Shown here: piece by piece, positions 43,401-54,800 of the stretch
Position numbering within the stretch: the stretch's first letter is position 1
How the letters are laid out: every line of letters starts with the position of its first letter
Made by a program: the position numbers and the translations under genes
The notes under the pieces: model-generated
Seen by the model: the letters and a program-made list of their open reading frames with translations, nothing else
The model's database searches: none
Told to the model about the DNA's origin: nothing
Assembly (NCBI RefSeq): GCF_036321535.1
Contig: NC_087437.1
Span: 39,310,001 to 39,374,000, forward strand
DNA from: Camelus dromedarius
Lineage: Eukaryota
Direction of reading: 5' to 3'
DNA length: 64,000 nucleotides

Positions 43401-43780
43401 TGCATATTCTTCCCATTTTTTCAAAATAGGGGATGCAGTTTGTTTCTCATTAAGATTAGTGACAGCTAAACAGCAAAGATGTCTAGGTAGTTCTGAAACT
43501 GTGGGTTAGAGTTTAAGGAACAGGTAAATTTTGCATGTGAACCTTGTTAGCAGTCCTTTAGTCTGCATGACTTTAACTAGCTGTATTCGAAATTCCCCCA
43601 GGAATGATGATGCCATTCAAACACTAGGAACATACCAGAGACCCTTCCCGGGTCTACAAGTTACAAAGATTTTAATTACTCAGAACCCATTCTGATAGTA
43701 AGACAGGCTCCCGGCCATCTCCCTTTGTACCACAGTGAGTGTGTTACGCTGCCTGTTCGCCCTCTCCATTTTCTTCATAG

Positions 43781-43894
43781 CTTGTTCCCCCGAGACCAGG
43801 GGGAAAGAGTGCAATGACATCTGTGGCCGTGAGAACGGAGGCAGCTGGGCAGTGCCAGTGCCCACGGGGCTGCACGGGAAACCCTGTGGAGACG
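43781..43894 (+). pseudogene. EGFEM1: EGF-laminin-like exon with two compensating deletions (TCSPETRGKECNDICGRENGGS/GQCQCP/GLHGKPCGD)
   Basis: catag|CT ... G|gtaggg, 114 bp versus 129 bp for a full module. GQCQCP is in a shifted frame between two in-frame segments. Confidence 0.85.
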
Positions 43895-45327
43895 GTAGGG
43901 AAAGCCGGTGCTGGTCACACGAGACGACTCTTCCAGTTCTTGAGATCTCTAGTGGGGAATAAACAAAATGAAAGTTACATCTGTATTTTTCAAGGTGGTC
44001 TTTTCTGAAGAAGTAAAGACGACAGTGTGTATACACAAGAGTACAATGGCTTTGACTGACAACATGTGTAACAGAACAAAATACGTGGTTCTTAAACCTC
44101 CAAGTCTGATCTAAGCAGGATGAACTGTGATACAGAGAAAGCTTTTTTCCTCCCCTGAGCAAAACATTGAGTTTGTGTATGCAGGTTTGGACCTAAGGAC
44201 TGGGGTGAATTTGTTTGCTTTGCGTAATAAAAGAGAGAAAAAATGGAACTCTTTGGGCAAATCAGGGAGGAAGAGAGATGAAAATCAGAGAAGAAAAGGA
44301 GAGGAGAGAGAGAGGAAAAGAGGGGAGAAATGATGGATGAAAAACTTACAAAGTCCAGTAAGTGCTGTATGTGAATTTTTCATGGAAACCAGTCAAGAGA
44401 CCACATTTTCTACTTGAGTTGATAAAACACACACACAAAAACTGCTTGTACAGACCCAAGAGCTGAAGGCGGAGAGTCAGTGGAGATGTAGGTCTTCAGG
44501 GACTGCCAGAAATCATGGCGAGTTTATTACATTCTCACAGATCGTGGAACTAGGAAGATGGAACCCAAGTTTACTTCACTCTCTAAGAAGTGCAGGAAGG
44601 CTTCTGCTGGCATCTGACTTATTTATCCCCCGAACACTATTCATTTAATCAAAATATATGTATTAAGTGTTTGCAAGGCATTGTTCCAGGCTTTGTGATA
44701 CGGTAACAAAACAAAAATAAAAAAGACCCTGGCCCTTCCATGTGGAACTTACAGTCTTGTTCAAAGCAGACGTAGGTCACAAATGTTGGTAGGTATTTCA
44801 AATGAAATATTAATGCATGCTTGGAGGTCAGACCATGAGGGCAGATTGTGTGAGCCAGGGAGAGACTTCTAGAGAAGTGACACTTCAGCAGAAGCCTGCA
44901 AAATGAGGAGACGCGAGGCAGGGAAGGAGAGAGGGAAGAGCATACAGACTGAGTGGGCCCCGTGTCACCAGACACTGAAGTAGGTAAGAGTGACTTGCAT
45001 TAGAGGCACCCTGAAGAAGCTCAGCGCAGCTGGTGGAGCAAAAGTCAGTCAGGGAGAGGTGAGTGCCACACGAGGTCAGCCAGTGCAGTGGCTCATTGGT
45101 CTTGTTAAGTTTGGGGGTTTTCATCTGAAAGCAGTGACAAGTCATTGCAGAATTTTGGGCAGAGAATACAAAATCATATGCGTGGTTTTTAAAAGCTTTC
45201 TCTGGCCTCGGTCCAATTCCGTTGGAAACCTCTTATCTTTGGCAAGCTCCTTATTTCATGAAACAACAGCTCTAGCAAGGCTTGCATGCGGGTTAATATT
45301 TGCTTTGTTTGTCTTTCCACCCTCCAG

Positions 45328-45458
45328 GATGCCCAAAAGGATTCTTTGGGAGCAACTGCAAAAGGAAATGTAACTGTGCCCACAACGGCCATTGCCACAG
45401 GGTGTATGGCGCGCCTGCATGTGTGAGCCAGGGTGCTGTGGGAGGTTTTGTCATCTGA
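45328..45458 (+). pseudogene. EGFEM1: EGF-laminin-like exon with +2 frameshift (GCPKGFFGSNCKRKCNCAHNGHCHRVYG/ACMCEPGCCGRFCHL)
   Basis: tccag|GA ... A|gtaagt, 131 bp. Extra GC in GGCGCGCC at 45408-45415. Confidence 0.92.
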
Positions 45459-45529
45459 GTAAGTCACAGACACTACCTTTTCTCTCTGCGTGAAGCAAGG
45501 AAGCTCAGAAAACTACCAAAAATACATCA

Positions 45530-45680
45530 GTGTCAACCTAAAGACAGACACCCAGTGTAAGAGCTGTGAGTTTAAGTTTTATTCAGGATCTTGCTGAGAC
45601 TTTAGCCCAGGAGACAGCCACTTGTTTAGCTCTGAGGAAACTGCTCCGAAAAGAGAGGGGAAAATCCAGTTTATTTATCT
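45530..45680 (-). mobile_element. ERV LTR fragment
   Basis: tgtcaaccta...aagttttattcagg...agctctgaggaaactgctccgaa, including a reverse poly(A) signal near the TG end. Confidence 0.5.
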
Positions 45681-47454
45681 ATATTTCAGTCCTCCCATGC
45701 ACATCTCTTTTAATTTTAGGGTTGACTTAATTGGCACCACAACTGTTGTATGATGTTTATACATTATCCTTTATGTCAGATAAAATGCCTTATATATTAT
45801 TAAAGAGTGAGTGCAGTCACACACTTACTATATTATTCATCCTGAGTTCCCCACCCCTGGGTGCACTGTTGGCGGGCAACCACCAGGGGGTTAGGGCTTC
45901 ACCTTCGTGGAACTGGGTGGTGAGCAACACGTCTCTGTTCTTCTTTGTTCACACTAGATGAAGGGAAAGAGTAGAACGCATAACATATTTTATATGGTCA
46001 CATCATACATGACAGTTGATGTTCTAGTCTTTATTTAGCTTCCTTCCATTGCAAGAATCTATATTTTCATGAATGAAAGAAAAATGTTTCTGGAGTCTTC
46101 CTATTTTTTCCTAGTTAGTGTTCACCTTAATTATTGAGAGAGGATTGTTAATAGTTCATTTATGTGAACATCCAACACTTAAGGAAGTTGAATATCAAAG
46201 GCCAAGACAAGTATCTTTTATTTCTTGTGCAGAACAGTATCATTCCCTGAAATTTCTAAAATATACTATTCACTATGCGTTTTGACCAGCTATCACGTTT
46301 TGTAAAAGATGTGAGAAAACACAATCACCAGCAAATATTTCAGCCCATCAGTAACTTTTAAGCTGTCTCCCGATGGGACAGCTCTGGATGTCCACCAGCC
46401 GTCTCACCTTGAAGCTGCACCTTGCTCCCCTATCTGTTCCATGTGCCCTCTTCTGAAAATCCTTCCTGAGTGACCCTCAGTAATACCATGACCCACTTTT
46501 AATAACAGAAACCTTTTGAGTCTTATATATAACTCACTCTGTCCCTGGCAACTGAGACAAGGATCTCCCTCCATGGTGGCATCATAACCACCATGTTCAA
46601 TTATCTCTGCTAATAACAGCAGATATTAACAGATGCTAATAATTTCCATCCATCAGAAAGTCAAGTGGCTTATTTTGTTCTCTCCAAGCAGCTTTCCACA
46701 GCAACACATATATAGGCATATAATACAGTTGCCTTGAGCCTGGAGGGCACTTGAAGGATCTTTTATTTGAGTCCCTTGGATACCTGTAATTGGAGGGGGG
46801 GGAATTATGTTTTGGAAAGGGAATTGAATTACTGTAGGTAACTCCTCACAGAGAAAACTAAGGGTAAGTTTTCCTGAATGCAAAGGTGGGACTTTGTCAA
46901 ATTAGAATTCCTGTGCTGACTACCATCCCTAAAACTCAAAATAAAGGAAGAAAAGCCAAGTACCATTTGCCAAAGATGTGGCTAAGATAATGCTTCCGTC
47001 AGGGTGAAAGTTCTGTGTTATCTACATGATGTAAAATTATTTTGGATTACCATATAATGAGAGGGAATGAAAACAGTGGCGAGCCTTCTCATCAGGGCTT
47101 GTCCATCATCGCTCTGCTGTAGCAGGATGAATATGGGGTCTGACAGGCCTTAGCAGTCCTTGGAGAATATTAACTACAGGCACCAATGGAGCAGATTGAG
47201 AAGCAATTTCTCTCCCGGAAGCACCAAAGCCTTTTAAATAGTTCAGGCTTCACTGTTCGCATCCAGTTGCCAAAAATTAAATGAATTGCCTGATTTGAAA
47301 GACATTTGTTTCCCTATTTTTTTCTTGGCAGTCAGGATGATCCCCTTGTTTTCCCCATAATCAGCCCCCGCAGAACTACGTGCCTGTGCACTCACAGTGT
47401 GAAAGAAACAAAGCATGGTTTTCAGGTGACCGGTTTGCCTCCACCTGCTTGCAG

Positions 47455-47589
47455 GCTGTCCCAACGGGGCCTACGGAGCTGGCCACTCTTCCGAATGTCA
47501 GTGTGTGGAGGAGAACACCCTGGAAAGCAGTGCCAAAAATGGCAGTTGCACCTGCAAATCTGGTTACCAAGGCAACAGATGCCAGAAAG
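47455..47589 (+). pseudogene. EGFEM1: EGF-laminin-like exon (SCPNGAYGAGHSSECQCVEENTLESSAKNGSCTCKSGYQGNRCQK)
   Basis: tgcag|GC ... G|gtagaa, 135 bp, open. Two cysteines are replaced (by His and Ser). Confidence 0.9.
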
Positions 47590-49894
47590 GTAGAATCTGA
47601 TGATAAATTTTCTTTCTTCTCTAATAACAATGCTCAGCTTTTGTTTCGCACCATATGATCACTAATTAGTTAATCCACCAGAGTCCTCAGGAGATCAGTG
47701 AGCTTTATTAGTTCCCTGTTTGTTGGTGAGGAAACCGAGACACAGGGCAATAAAGTTATTTAACCTTGTCTTCTCAGCCTCTGCTGTTAGCTGTCTGCTT
47801 GCTGGCTTGAGCAAAAGAATAAAGATCACGTTGCAGAGAATCTTATTCTAAGAAGATGAGAGCTGGCCAATCACTCGTTCAAGTTGAGCCAATCAACTAA
47901 GGGCTGCCAGCTTCCAGAGTTAAAGGCTAGTTTTCTTTACATCTAAAGACAGATTATTCAAACAAATATAATAGAAACCATAGAAAATTTTGGAAAATTT
48001 AAATATGGTTGTCAGTATGGTCCTTTCTCAAATTTCCAGATATTACATAAAGAATTTCTTTATAATTCTACAAATATAAAAGTTTATGTGCAGCATAATT
48101 CCAAGGATAAGTGTCTTGTATAGATACACGTGTGTGGGTGTATGTAAAATTTGGAAAAAGGTATTCCAAGATGTTAGTTTGTGGACTCATGGTTTGTGGA
48201 CACATGGAGTGCTTTTCTCCGTGTATTTATGTGGCTCTTCTCATTTTCTCAAAAAGTCTTACATTACCTTTTCACTGAATCTTGTCAGCACCATACTACT
48301 TAAAATTGCAACTTGCAGGTCTCCTTGAACTTTTTTATTTTTCCAAAATGCTTACCACCTTCTGACATACCGTACACTCTAATTATTATGTACAATATGT
48401 ATTGCCTGCCCTTCCTGTTGGAAGCCAAGTTCCAACAAGGGAAGGATAGCTATTCACTTTTTTCACCACAATATCCCCAAGCTCCCAGAACAATCAGGAC
48501 ATATAGAAGTTGTTCAATATGTATTTTCTTAAATGAATATATAAATGTGAATCTTCAATGTTTATCCTTTATACATTTTTCTCATGTTATCATACATTCT
48601 GAATTAAGCACTTGTTACCATTTTCTTTAGGGGCAATTATCACGCCTTTTTTTTCTCTTTAATACATAGCAAGACTGAACATAGAACAAATAAAACGAAC
48701 ATAACCAATGGCAGGTGAATTTTTTGCCTTTGAAGTGATCCAGAGCACTCTTGTTTAAAATCAGGAGATAATAGGTTTGAAAGGAAGCCATCACATTGTT
48801 GGGTCCACTTACAGGGGCAGGGACTGGGATGGAAGATCGTTCTTGGCTCTCGGCTGTTACACATTGCTGTTCACGTGGTCATCTTCAGAGAGTCAGCGAG
48901 GCTTGTCCAGGCTGACTGAAAGGCAGTGAGAATCTTCCAGATTGTCCTGTGGCGTGGAACTGACTATGGAATTGGAGTGTATGAGCAGAAATGTCCATCA
49001 GGAGTTCATGGAGAGGGGGCCATTTAGATAGCTAGATTGTGACTTCTAGGCAATGGGGAAGAGAACTTGGGGAAACAGAAGCCTGACATTTCAGGGAAGT
49101 GTTTAATGTGGTATGAGAGTGGGTCCTATTCTAATATCTAAATCTCCTCCCACTTCAACTGACATTTAAGCCTAGAGTCAACCCCTTATGTATTCCCCAA
49201 CTAGCGATGTCATGCCCTGGAAGTCAACGCATGAGGAGATAATACCGTATACACACACCTGGGTAAATTTAATTTATTCTGATAACATTTTCTTAAAGCA
49301 TCTGCTGAATATACTATATTGGAAAATGCTTCTGAGATGCCCACTGTGAAGGAAAATGAGTTGAAAGTGTATGTAAATCAGCAAAATAGAGAGGTCACCA
49401 TAATCTCAGGAAAACATATTATTTTTCAATCAGATAACTTTGTCCAATTCTAATATTTTTGTCTAACCACAAAATGAAATTATGAATCAGACCGGAGCAG
49501 GTGAATGGGATCGCCATGATTGGCAGCTGCAATCAAGGCAAGGCGAGCTCTCTGAGAGCTGTGTGTGATGAGAATCAGGTCTGTTGTTGTTCTCTTTCTT
49601 TTTCAAAAGAGTGATGTAGCCCAAGTGCTCCTGGAGCCAGACATATCTTTAAAAACCTTGACTCCAGCCCTGTGTCTAGATTGCAGATGAATAGTTAATT
49701 AAAGACTGCAAATTGTTTCAACGGCACTAATGAACAGCGCTCTCCACAATCAGCACCAGGCCTCGCGTAGCCCATCAGTGATGACTTTTAAGAGCAGAAG
49801 AGCTGGTTCCTACCCTAATCTGTGAAACAGCAAAAAAGAGAAAGAGGGAAAAATTTAAAACAACAGCAACCAGTGTCTGCCTTGTTTTGATTAG

Positions 49895-50015
49895 TTTGTA
49901 GCCTGAGGTATTTTGGACCCCAGCTGTAGGCAGACCCGAGTGCGGCCCAGCAGGGCTCTTGAGTCCGTCTGAGGGGGCCTATTCAACCTGTCACCATGAA
50001 AAGGACAGATTTTGT
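49895..50015 (+). pseudogene. EGFEM1: Heavily decayed EGF exon (VCSLRYFGP/SCRQT...)
   Basis: gattag|TT TGT AGC CTG AGG TAT TTT GGA CCC matches MEGF6 ECELGYFGPGCWQ at the expected rank. The 3' half is frameshifted and the end is approximate. Confidence 0.55.
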
Positions 50016-51187
50016 TCCAGTAGTTATGAACTTTAAATTTTGAACACTGGCAAGTCTCTGAGAACTGGTTAATTGACTTGAAAAGTGCTGAGTAAGTACT
50101 GTAGCATAAGTTGGGTTTAGCGGCTGAGAGCGCCAGTTTCAGAGGCCAGATCTGAATTCAAATCCTCACTTTGCTATATATTAGCTCTGTGACCCAGAAT
50201 AAGTCACTTAACCCCTCGGAGCCTCAGTTTCTTACCTAAATGGAGACAAAGTTGCTCATGTCGTATAGTGATTGTTACGGAAATGTGAACTGATGTATGT
50301 AAAGTGTTCGGCACAGAGTAAGTGAACAACAGATCATAGCCAGGAATGGTATGAGCATCCCAGAAAATTCAACAATCCTGTTATTCAGAGACTTGGCCCT
50401 GGACAAGAGGATACTTTGCAGCCCAACTTGGTTTAATGTAACTTTCCATAATTGTTGCATGTTTAGGAAAGTTTCACAGATTTCGCTGTGTTAAAAAGCA
50501 TGTTTTCCACCAGGTTTCTAATGCCAGGCATTTCAGTGGAGGCGGAGAGCTCTAAATGAGCCCTCAGTGGTCCCTGCAGCATCAGCCATCCTTTTCCAGT
50601 TCAAAGGATATTCAGCAAAGCAGCACAAGTCCCTCTTTCTCCACCGCATACATCGTACAGTCTGTACAGTCTTACAAAACACACAAATTACAAACCTCTA
50701 AGGTGATGATTCTGGCTTACAAAATAAGTGAAGACCGAGAGAATAGGATTCAGGAAACCATTTGGGGACAAATTCCCAAGCAGTGCACCTCCCGAGCTTC
50801 CTTTACAAATTACATCTCATTTCAGATTTTGTTCTGTGGAACTGCCTCCAAAGATATATATCAAAATCGCTTCCATTGTTACTGTCTGAAAAATCACATT
50901 TTCAGCAAAAAGCCAACCTCTGTATCTGTGTTTCCAAAGTGACAAGATATGGCATCATGTTGATTTCTTCAGGGAGTATTTTTGGAAGTGCTATAAATCC
51001 TTAGAGGCTACTCTGAATGCTTCTTTCTTTGCGGTTCAGTCATCCACACATCCACTCACACACACATTCACATGCATACACATGCACACTTTTCCAACTC
51101 ACTTAGGCAACAGCAGAAATCTGGGACCATCTTGAGATTTATTACAAGTCTTAGCTCCTTTCTTTTTCTCTCTTTTTATTTTACAAG

Positions 51188-51333
51188 CCTGTCCTGATGG
51201 CCTCTGGGGACCAGGGTGCCAGTTCTCCTGTGGACCCTGTGAGAATGGAGGTCAGAGAAAAAAAAAAAAAAAAAAAAACTGGAAACTGCAACTATCTTCC
51301 CTTCCTATTACACAGGAAAAGCCTGTACCGTAC
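51188..51333 (+). pseudogene. EGFEM1: EGF-laminin-like exon broken by an A21 tract (ACPDGLWGPGCQFSCGPCENGGQ/poly-A/TGNCNYLP/YTGKACTV)
   Basis: Long pyrimidine tract, acaag|CC ... C|gtaagt, 146 bp (not 3n). A-run at 51258-51278 and CTTCC duplication at 51296-51305. Confidence 0.9.
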
Positions 51334-51434
51334 GTAAGTCATTAACCTAGACAAAATGACCCACGAAGTCATTGAAGTTGTTAGTTTTATAAGTGCTTAT
51401 TTGTAACTGCTGTATGAGCTGTGATGTTAGTTGG

Positions 51435-51945
51435 GTACACGTTTTAACTGTCTATTGTTGTGTAACAAACCATCCCAACACTTTGTAACAAATCATCCGA
51501 ACAATGATTTATGATGATTATTTTTTTGATTCTGTGGATTTATAAGATGGTTTTCCTTCTGGTCTCACCTGGAGTCACTAGTGGCTGCTTCCAGCTAGTA
51601 GATCAGCTGGGGCTTCTTAACCAGGGGAATCTGGCCTTTCCTGTACATAGCGTTTCTACAAGGTTAGCTTGGGCTTCCTCATAGCATGGCGGATTCAAGA
51701 CAAACGTCCAAGAAAGAGCATCCCCAAAGTGGGAAAACAGAAGCTACAATGTGTCAAAAAGTCTACCTTCAGAAGCCACACATAATTACCTCGGCCACAC
51801 TGTAGTGCTTAAAGCAAGTCATAGGACAGCCAGATTCAAGGGGAGGAGAAACAGATCTACCTCCTGATGAGTCACAAAATCTCTGCAGAAGACCTGTTAG
51901 CTGGGAGATATGATTGTAGCCATCTTTGGAACCAACTGATCATAG
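51435..51945 (-). mobile_element. MLT1-family MaLR solo LTR
   Basis: tctattgttgtgtaacaaaccatccca...gcttgggcttcctcatagcatggcgg...aagcaagtcatagg...cagattcaaggggagg. Confidence 0.75.
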
Positions 51946-54584
51946 CATACAACTTAAAGTTTTACTGAAAGGCACTATAAGAATTTGCTAGACTGTATTT
52001 AATCATTCTTGTTAGGGTGGGAGCAGATTATAGACTGATAAAAAGTTACGAGTTAAACTGAATCTGTTTCAGAGTGCCAGTAGAACTATGACCTTTTATG
52101 TTTGTCACTCTTACATAATCTGTCAACCCTGCCCACGTCGCCTTCTCTACTCCATCAGTGGTGGGACAGAGTAACTCGAAAACTTGAGGAAAGCAGTGGC
52201 TGGATGGTAAGAATGGTATCTTTTTTTTTTACATTACTATTTCAAATACAAATGGTTTGACAAAGGTTAGCAAAAGTCTATTATTTGAATTGTCTCTGAT
52301 GTTATGAGGTGTGAACGGTGATCTGAATTAGCTTCAGTGCTTAGGACTTCCTAAAAACCAACAAGCAAATAAAACCAGAAACTTAAACGTAAATATAGAA
52401 TGTAGCACCAGGATAATATTAGCACTTGGCTAATCATCTGATCATTGGGGAAAATGCATTACTGCCCCTCAGGAAAACCCTCAAGCAAGAGTGGTAGGAC
52501 AAGGTCGTTGCCTGACGATTTTTCTAGATGTAACGAGATTGTCTGTGCTTTAGGACTGTCATTCTGTGCTGTTGACAAGCCTCTCAAACAGGATAGTTTG
52601 CTGGTGCAGCAGTTGGCTATCCCTAACCTACTTGTTTGCTTTTTTTTTTTTTTTTTTAAAAAGCTTAAAGGTAAGAATTTACATATTCAAAAGGTAGTTA
52701 CTTGCTATTTCCACAGTGAAGTGACATTTTTCTCTTGTCTAACTCAACTTTAATGGAATAATTATTAAGCAGGTAGTGATATATCTGTTCCAATTGATAT
52801 AAATAGACTATTTAGAAACAAGTGAAAAGAAAGACAAACTGCTCATTCTTCAAAATATTAATTTTAATAGTTACATTATAACTCTCTTCCCTTCTAGGAT
52901 TTCAAACCCCAGGAGAATATTCCATAATAATCCTGAGAGATTTGGGATGACAATTCTAATTTTATTGGCAACCTGATACATGAGATAATGTATTGAGTTG
53001 GGTAGGCAAAAATATTCCCCAACTCCTAGTCCAGTTTAATTTTAGTGTTACATGCTATTATCTGATTTTGCACACACAGATACAAACACAAATTATATAA
53101 TTATCATAATTGGATATTTAGGGAAATGAATGGAAGCAAATGATGGGACTTATTAAAAATGCTTCATGTGTGCTCCACAAGGGATGTGTGTGGCATTTAA
53201 AAAGGGGCTTATGTTTGAAGAAAAGCATACAACATTTCTCTAAATACCCTGTAATGGTGCTTACAGAATTTTCAAACCTAGTTACTCTGCATAATGAACT
53301 GTAAAAATACTTACTGGCTATACAAGGTAATATGTTTTAGAGGCAGGAGAGACCAAAAAGCTATTTCTAAAAATAATGGCTTTATAGAAATTCCGATTTT
53401 TAGAAGTTATAAATACAAATACTAGGGCAAAATAATTTTTTTAAAGGGTTTTATTTCACTGTGTGAGAAAATCCTCAGGATTATGGTAGATTGTATTTTT
53501 TCTTTCTGCTTCCTAAACAGCATTGAGGTTGGGGGCAGCTGTGGTGCACAGACACTCGCACTCCTGATGAGAATGTATCGTCTCTGTGAAGGTTTAGCCT
53601 CATGTATTGGGCTTCTTACCAAATAATCTTAGAAGTGATCCCAGCTTTTTCTTTATCCCAGCCTTATTTATAAGAGTAAAAATACGGAATAGAAATAACG
53701 TAAATATGCACCAGGAGGAGAATGAGTAAACAAATCCTGTAACACATCAGTGGACTATTCCGATGTCATTAAGATTCATGTTTTTGGAAGAATGTGTAAT
53801 GTCAGGAGAATTGACATTAAATTGACATTAGATGTTTTATATAGAGAATGGTCCAACTCCGCAAAAGCCTGTACCCACGTATGCATGTGGGAAATCATGG
53901 TAGAAAGGACCACAGTTATTATCCAGATGGTGGGACTGTGAGTGAATATTTTCTCCGCTTTACAGTTCTGTCTTTCCCATAGTACTCCTTTACTGTTTTT
54001 CCCCTTTACAATCAAGGGAGAAACTACATCATCGTCAGACCGATCATTCACTAAATATCTAAGTAAGGTAATAGTTTGTTCTTAAGGTGTTGTCTCGTGG
54101 TCTTAACAGTTCCCATATAGTCAAGATGTTTTTTTCTTCAAATTGATCTTGTTGATCTTTTAATTTAAGACTGTTTTCTCCCACTTCAGATGATGTGGAT
54201 TTTGAGCATAGCTTGGCAGCACCTCTAAAATACTTTTAAAAATTAATAAATGAAAGAACATAGTAGTGTTTCCTCTGAACACTTCATTTCCCTTTCTTTG
54301 GGAATCCCAGTTTCTATCCCTCGGTCATTTTGTTATTACTTCTCTAAATTCTGCCCTATTTATTATGAGCATTTACAAAATAGGCCCCTTCCCTATTGGA
54401 GAAGAGAACACTAGAGAGAATGGGGGAGACGGTGTGTGAGAAGGGAGATACCAGTTCCAAATACAGATTAGCTTTAAACATTATATGACCAAACATCATG
54501 AAATAATGAATTATCATGAAGTGATGATGGTCAAACGTCATTAAAGGCCATGAAAACCATATTGAACACAGGTGTGAACTTTCT

Positions 54585-54800
54585 GTAGACAGAAGCTGAT
54601 AAATGTTTAGCTACTGGGTTCTCTGAAATATAAAAACCCTGATTTGTATCGTTTGACGATTTCCCATGTAATCCTCCTACCACGGCGACTTCAAGCAACC
54701 AACGTGATGTCAGCTGGCTCGCAAAATTCCTGAAAATTTTCAGGTTGCAATTTAACAACTGGCTTTCTGAGCTGGTAGTAGCAGCTCCAGTATACCACTA
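54585..54800 (-). mobile_element. MER63-like hAT DNA transposon
   Basis: ggctcgcaaaattcctgaaaattt...gctccagtataccact. Confidence 0.6.

Larger units (their letters stand above)
4299..51333 (+). pseudogene. EGFEM1: EGFEM1 (MEGF6 paralogue), middle/3' part, inactivated; 5' exons outside the window
   Basis: A series of AG/GT-bounded phase 1-1 exons translates to EGF and EGF-laminin-like modules in the same order as MEGF6 (e.g. [31 protein letters not shown], acidic linker, VCLDHTFG, GCPKGFFG). Divergence from MEGF6 and long AT-rich introns fit the paralogue EGFEM1. Lesions: TAG at 37738 and frameshifts at ~35829, ~45411 and 51258-51305. Confidence 0.85.

Noticed and set aside
43680..44162. Longest ORF in the track (160 aa, minus strand) and the other 60-130 aa ORFs
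   Set aside because: No recognisable domains. They are antisense shadows of exons, repeat-derived frames or chance ORFs.
26662..51333. Calling the gene MEGF6 itself, or a functional CDS
   Set aside because: The peptides are substantially diverged from MEGF6, the introns are long and AT-rich, and several independent lesions break the frame.
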